Under the pieces are notes generated by a model. That model was not told where the DNA came from, ran no database searches, and worked only from the letters and a program-made list of their open reading frames with translations. This document shows positions 59,805 to 64,000 of a stretch of 64,000 nt of DNA, piece by piece; the stretch's first letter is position 1, and each line of letters begins with the position of its first letter. The DNA lies in NCBI RefSeq assembly GCF_036321535.1, contig NC_087436.1, forward strand, positions 38,194,001 through 38,258,000, given 5' to 3'. Origin of the DNA: Camelus dromedarius. Lineage: Eukaryota. Position numbers and translations under genes: made by a program.

Positions 59805-62389
59805 AAAAAAATCCACAGACCTCCAATCCAGCAAGCTTCCCCACACTCCAGCATCTCTGGCTAGATGTCTGCCAGGAGAGTTAAGGGTAGAGAGCACACC
59901 TTGGGCCTCTTGCTTTCTGCCTCACACTCTTGGTTCCCTTTGTGTTTAAATAATGCAGGACAAGGCTTAAATCCAACACTTGCCACGTGGTGTTTACTCT
60001 CCACCAAGGCAATCCTTCACCCTCCAACCACTAACGACTGGCAATCCTTTTATAAAGGCACCACTCATGTAACGTCGAACACAACACTATGTGTGCTGCT
60101 GAGTCTCATTATTTTTCTGGTTTGATCTTTACTGCTGGTTTTTTTTTTCTATGTCAATTTGTAAATCATCTTGCCAGATCTGGAGTATTTGATACACTAT
60201 AGGTTGGATTCCACCATTTTTAAAATCTTGGAAACACGTTTAAGAGAAACTTCACATCCAGTTTCAACTTCAACATTTAAAATGGTTTCAAATTTCAGAG
60301 TGTTTTTTTTTTTTACTTCAGAGACCACTACCCCTTGCATTCTATCTACTTATTCTAATCTAAGTATGGGGAATAATAATAGAATAGGGACTATACAAAC
60401 TTTGATCTGAACTTAACAAAGGCTCAAGGCTGAAAATAAGGTAACTAACTCTTAGGTTAAACACCCACACATGCACATACAAACTCACTCCACTGAATTT
60501 CCCCTGACCAAGGATAATCTTGCTTTTTTGTTTTTTTTTAATTTCAGTTTGCCTTCTAATGTCCCAGACCAGCAGATACTTTAAAGCCTAGTAGGGAAGG
60601 GGTCAAGCTTTCAATGAAGCAAAGAATAGCCTCACTGTGTTTTTTCTCAAAATGAAAGCCTCCCTCCCTACTTCATCAAGAAAAATATCATGTGTTGACT
60701 ATGGAAAGACAGAGTGTCAAGTCTCATCAAAGGGCAGATTGATGCAATACAACCTGGAAGAGAGAGAAACGTTAGCTACACTGTAAACCTCCTGAGACAA
60801 AAGAATTGAATAAAAACCAAATAGGCTTTGAAGTTTATTCATTATTTAAGGTTTTTTTTTTTTGCACGTACTTGTCTCCCTCTATATATTATCCAAAATA
60901 TCCATATATTTCCCAGAGAGATAAGGAAAGATGCCTACATGGCTTTTTGAAATATTAGTTTCTTTGTCGCACTGATGTAGATAAGTCACCTTTGTAAGAG
61001 CTTGTGTTTTATAAACTGCTGGCCACAGTTGGACAGAAAGCATGGGGAGTTGACTACCCTTTGCCGGAGGCACCTGAAATTACTTCCAACTATAAAGTGT
61101 ATCGTTCTCAGAAGTTAGAAGAACGTCTAACCTCTCTCTCCACTCCAGCAACTTTTTCTAAAAGATCATTTCCCACATATGTTACTTAAAATGCGTATTA
61201 CATCACTGGGTGTTTATAAAACAATTAGTCAAATTTAAACAGGCTTCTTTAATTGCAGATTTTACCCCAAAAATTTATTAAGCTAATATACATGGGGATA
61301 GAGGGAAAGGTATATAATATGTAATATGATAATTTTCTCAGGCTTATTTCCCATTGAAGATGTTTCTCTTTTTCTGAGCCAATCGTATTTCAGTGAGTAT
61401 CAGGCCTCCCTCAGGGCAGGGAAGGGTCAATCCCAGTGAAGCAAAAGCAGGGTTAAAAAGAGGACGAGAGGAAAAAAAACTAGTAAAAGAAAGATAGACT
61501 GAGAAAAAGTGGAGAAAAAAGAAAGTTCCCACAGGGCTAAATTAGAGTGCTAGGAAATCAGGCCCATTTCTTTATTAGGATTATCAAGCTCATAGTGGGA
61601 GGTGAACACCTCTTTTCCAAGCTGAGCACTCGTGCGGCTGTTGGCCATACCCCTCCTGTTAGGGCTGGCAGCAGGATGCCACTGTGACGCACTGACTGAT
61701 CACACTTTCTGTGTCTGCCTGCCACGCCCTGTTTTTGGCTTTGTGGGCTTTCCCCATTCAACCTGGAGTGAAGACTCATCATCATCTCAGCTGACAATGG
61801 TTACACCAGAACTAGGAGGAAAAAAAATGAAAAGACCTGATTTTTTAGTTTCCAGAAAATATTTGGAAGAGTTCTGACCAATCTGAGACAGTGTTCCTTT
61901 CTGACACTAGACTGGTTAGGGAATCAGAGAAGGGAGAGGTTTAACAGCTACTGAGTCCTTCAGAGGGGCCCAGTGTTCCACCTGCCTCTAGCTTCCAAGC
62001 TCCTGAGAACATTCTACAGGTCTGGGCAGATAAAAGCAGAAAGGTCTGGGGTGCCTCCCATTTCCTGGAGCGGGCTGAGAAAGCCTGCAAGTCCCCAAAG
62101 TCTCCCCGGTCTGGGAGGCTGCAGAGGCAGTGGTGTGAAGCAGCTGCAGATGTGTGTAGGGTGCGGTCCCTGGCAGTCTCACCATGGCTTCTGGAGCCCA
62201 GAGTGATGGATGGAGATGCAGCTGAGTCAGAGAAAGCCTGAGGTGAGGCTGAGAAGGAAGCACCTGCTCACATCAAAACGGAGGACAGGTGGATAAGAGC
62301 TCACCAGTGGCATGTGGCTGGATGACCACAGCTTGAGTCCAAGAAGGAATGTCCTTCCCCCCCACCCCGACACCCTTGAGATTTAGTAT

Positions 62390-62530
62390 TATTTTGCGTA
62401 TTTGCGAGAGAGAAATGAGTCATCCAGAGATTGTGTGTTCTGGGAAAGTTCACAAAACTAATAAATGGCACTACTGGATCTCAAGCCCCGCCTTCTGAAT
62501 TCAGATCTGATGCTCCTTTCACTACTTCAC
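62390..62530 (-). mobile_element. MIR/MIR3 fragment
   Basis: 'aagttcacaaaactaataaatggca...tctcaagccc...cttctgaattcagatctgatgctcctttcacta'. Confidence 0.55.
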
Positions 62531-63524
62531 AGTTGCTTAGAGAGAAAATGATGCACTGAATTTAAAAAGTGATTTGTTTGCAATCTCACCCAGAAGTTTA
62601 GCAGTTGGAAACTACAGACTGGATTTCAGAGATGACGGTTTGGAGAGAGAAGTCACGGTTTGGGCCATGGGAGTAGGAGAGAATGTAGAAGGAGAATGTG
62701 GGTGATGGTGAGAAGAGGACCGAGGACAGGACTTGTGGGAAAGCCCGCAGGGAGGCAGCTCCAGGGAAAGAGCCAAACTAGAAAAGAGGGAAGAGAATGT
62801 GAAGATGATTCTACAGGAAAGAAAGAAGACTGTGTCTCCTACTTTCAGTTACAAAGTTAATTAAGAGTGAATTACAGCTGTTCTTGAGGCCTAAGGTCAA
62901 GTATTACATTTTGAACAATTAACCTGCAAGAAAACAAATCATGTTCTCACAAGGAGTTTCTTTACTCTTACTATACATTCAATTCCTGCAAGCTGGGGTA
63001 TTACACATTCCTAACAACCCACAGGTGATGTGGCGTAGTAAGTCAGGAAGAGCCGGAAGTGTTCTAGAATTACAGCGTAGGAGTAAGTAACATGAAATCA
63101 TGCCTACAGGGAAGAATGCAGAAAACTATTCAAAGAGGAGATAAAAACCTAAAGAGAAAGCAATGTTTAGTAAGGGAACATAATCAGCTTTACATACTCC
63201 CAAAGCTCTGAATCCATTACCTAGAGAACAAAGTTAAAAAATCAAAGATATTTCTAGTGTTGTTTCAGAATCTGCATTAAAAAAAAAGAAAGTCTAATGA
63301 ACTTTGGCAAAGAAGTCAGGAAAGTATGTAATCCTTGTTAGAATAAATATTCATCAAAAGTATTGGCTACTTAAAGGAATATGCTTAAACTAATGGGTAA
63401 ATTTATTTATGTGGAGCAGTTTGATGTCAGAGTAATTCTTCATTTCCCCAGCACCTCAGGCAACAAGGATTCTTCTTTAGCTGATAGCAATGCAAAATAA
63501 ATATGTTTGATAACATGTCAGCAC

Positions 63525-63760
63525 ATTTTAGTGTCTCTGGGCTCAGCCGCTGGAGCCAGACTGTTGGTTTAGAATCTCAGGTGTGATGCTCACCAACTAT
63601 ATGACTTTGTACAAGTTTCATAGCATCTCTCTGCCTCAGTTTCCTCATCCTAAAACAAGAATAATAAACATAATATTTTGTGGCAATTCATGTGAAGCAC
63701 TTAAAATAGTGCCTGGGACACAGCAAGCCAATGTACTATATACACCTTTGCTATTATTAA
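63525..63760 (+). mobile_element. MIR SINE, near full length
   Basis: 'ctggagccagactg...tctctctgcctcagtttcctcatcc...atgtgaagcacttaaaatagtgcctgggacacagcaag'. Confidence 0.8.
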
Positions 63761-64000
63761 ACATACCATACGGTTTTATTAATTATAGTTTTCATGAGGT
63801 TACCAGGAAATGTAAAGAGTAGACTCACTTTGAATAAATTTAATGAAAATATCTAGAAATCATTTCTCTTTACTATGGTTTGTTTTGTAGATTATCCTTC
63901 TTTATGTTTTAGTATAACTACTTTTACTTAACCTTAAGAAAAATAATCCTCAATATTGTAACTATTCAAGAAAAAAAAGGAAAGACTAGCACATTCTAAA

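Noticed and set aside
1..64000. Prokaryotic-type systems, rRNA or tRNA genes, or a true CpG island
   Set aside because: The sequence is repeat-rich mammalian DNA and none of these signatures is visible.

Overview
This is AT-rich, CpG-depleted mammalian DNA that is intronic or intergenic. I recognise no intact protein-coding gene, rRNA, tRNA or CRISPR array. Every ORF in the track is short (149 aa or less), and several are plainly L1 ORF2 or LTR debris. Much of the window is old interspersed repeat: MIR, L2, L1M, MaLR/ERVL solo LTRs, and the hAT MITEs MER5A, MER3 and MER53. A cetartiodactyl-type L1 3' end, with no Alu, B1, CAN, Bov-A/BovB, CHR or PRE SINEs that I could recognise, points tentatively to a camelid-like genome. 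The two most notable signals are absent from the ORF track. One is a near-full-length, heavily decayed mariner transposase element (~56190-58050) that appears split by an L2 insertion. The other is a decayed ERV pol (RNase H end to integrase) remnant (~22100-22780). Several CpG-retaining, motif-rich patches are candidate enhancers or promoters, and a few splice-site-bounded candidate exons could belong to an unannotated transcript but may be pseudo-exons. Repeat family names come from recalled consensus similarity, not a database search, and boundaries are approximate. I found no convincing novel biological system.
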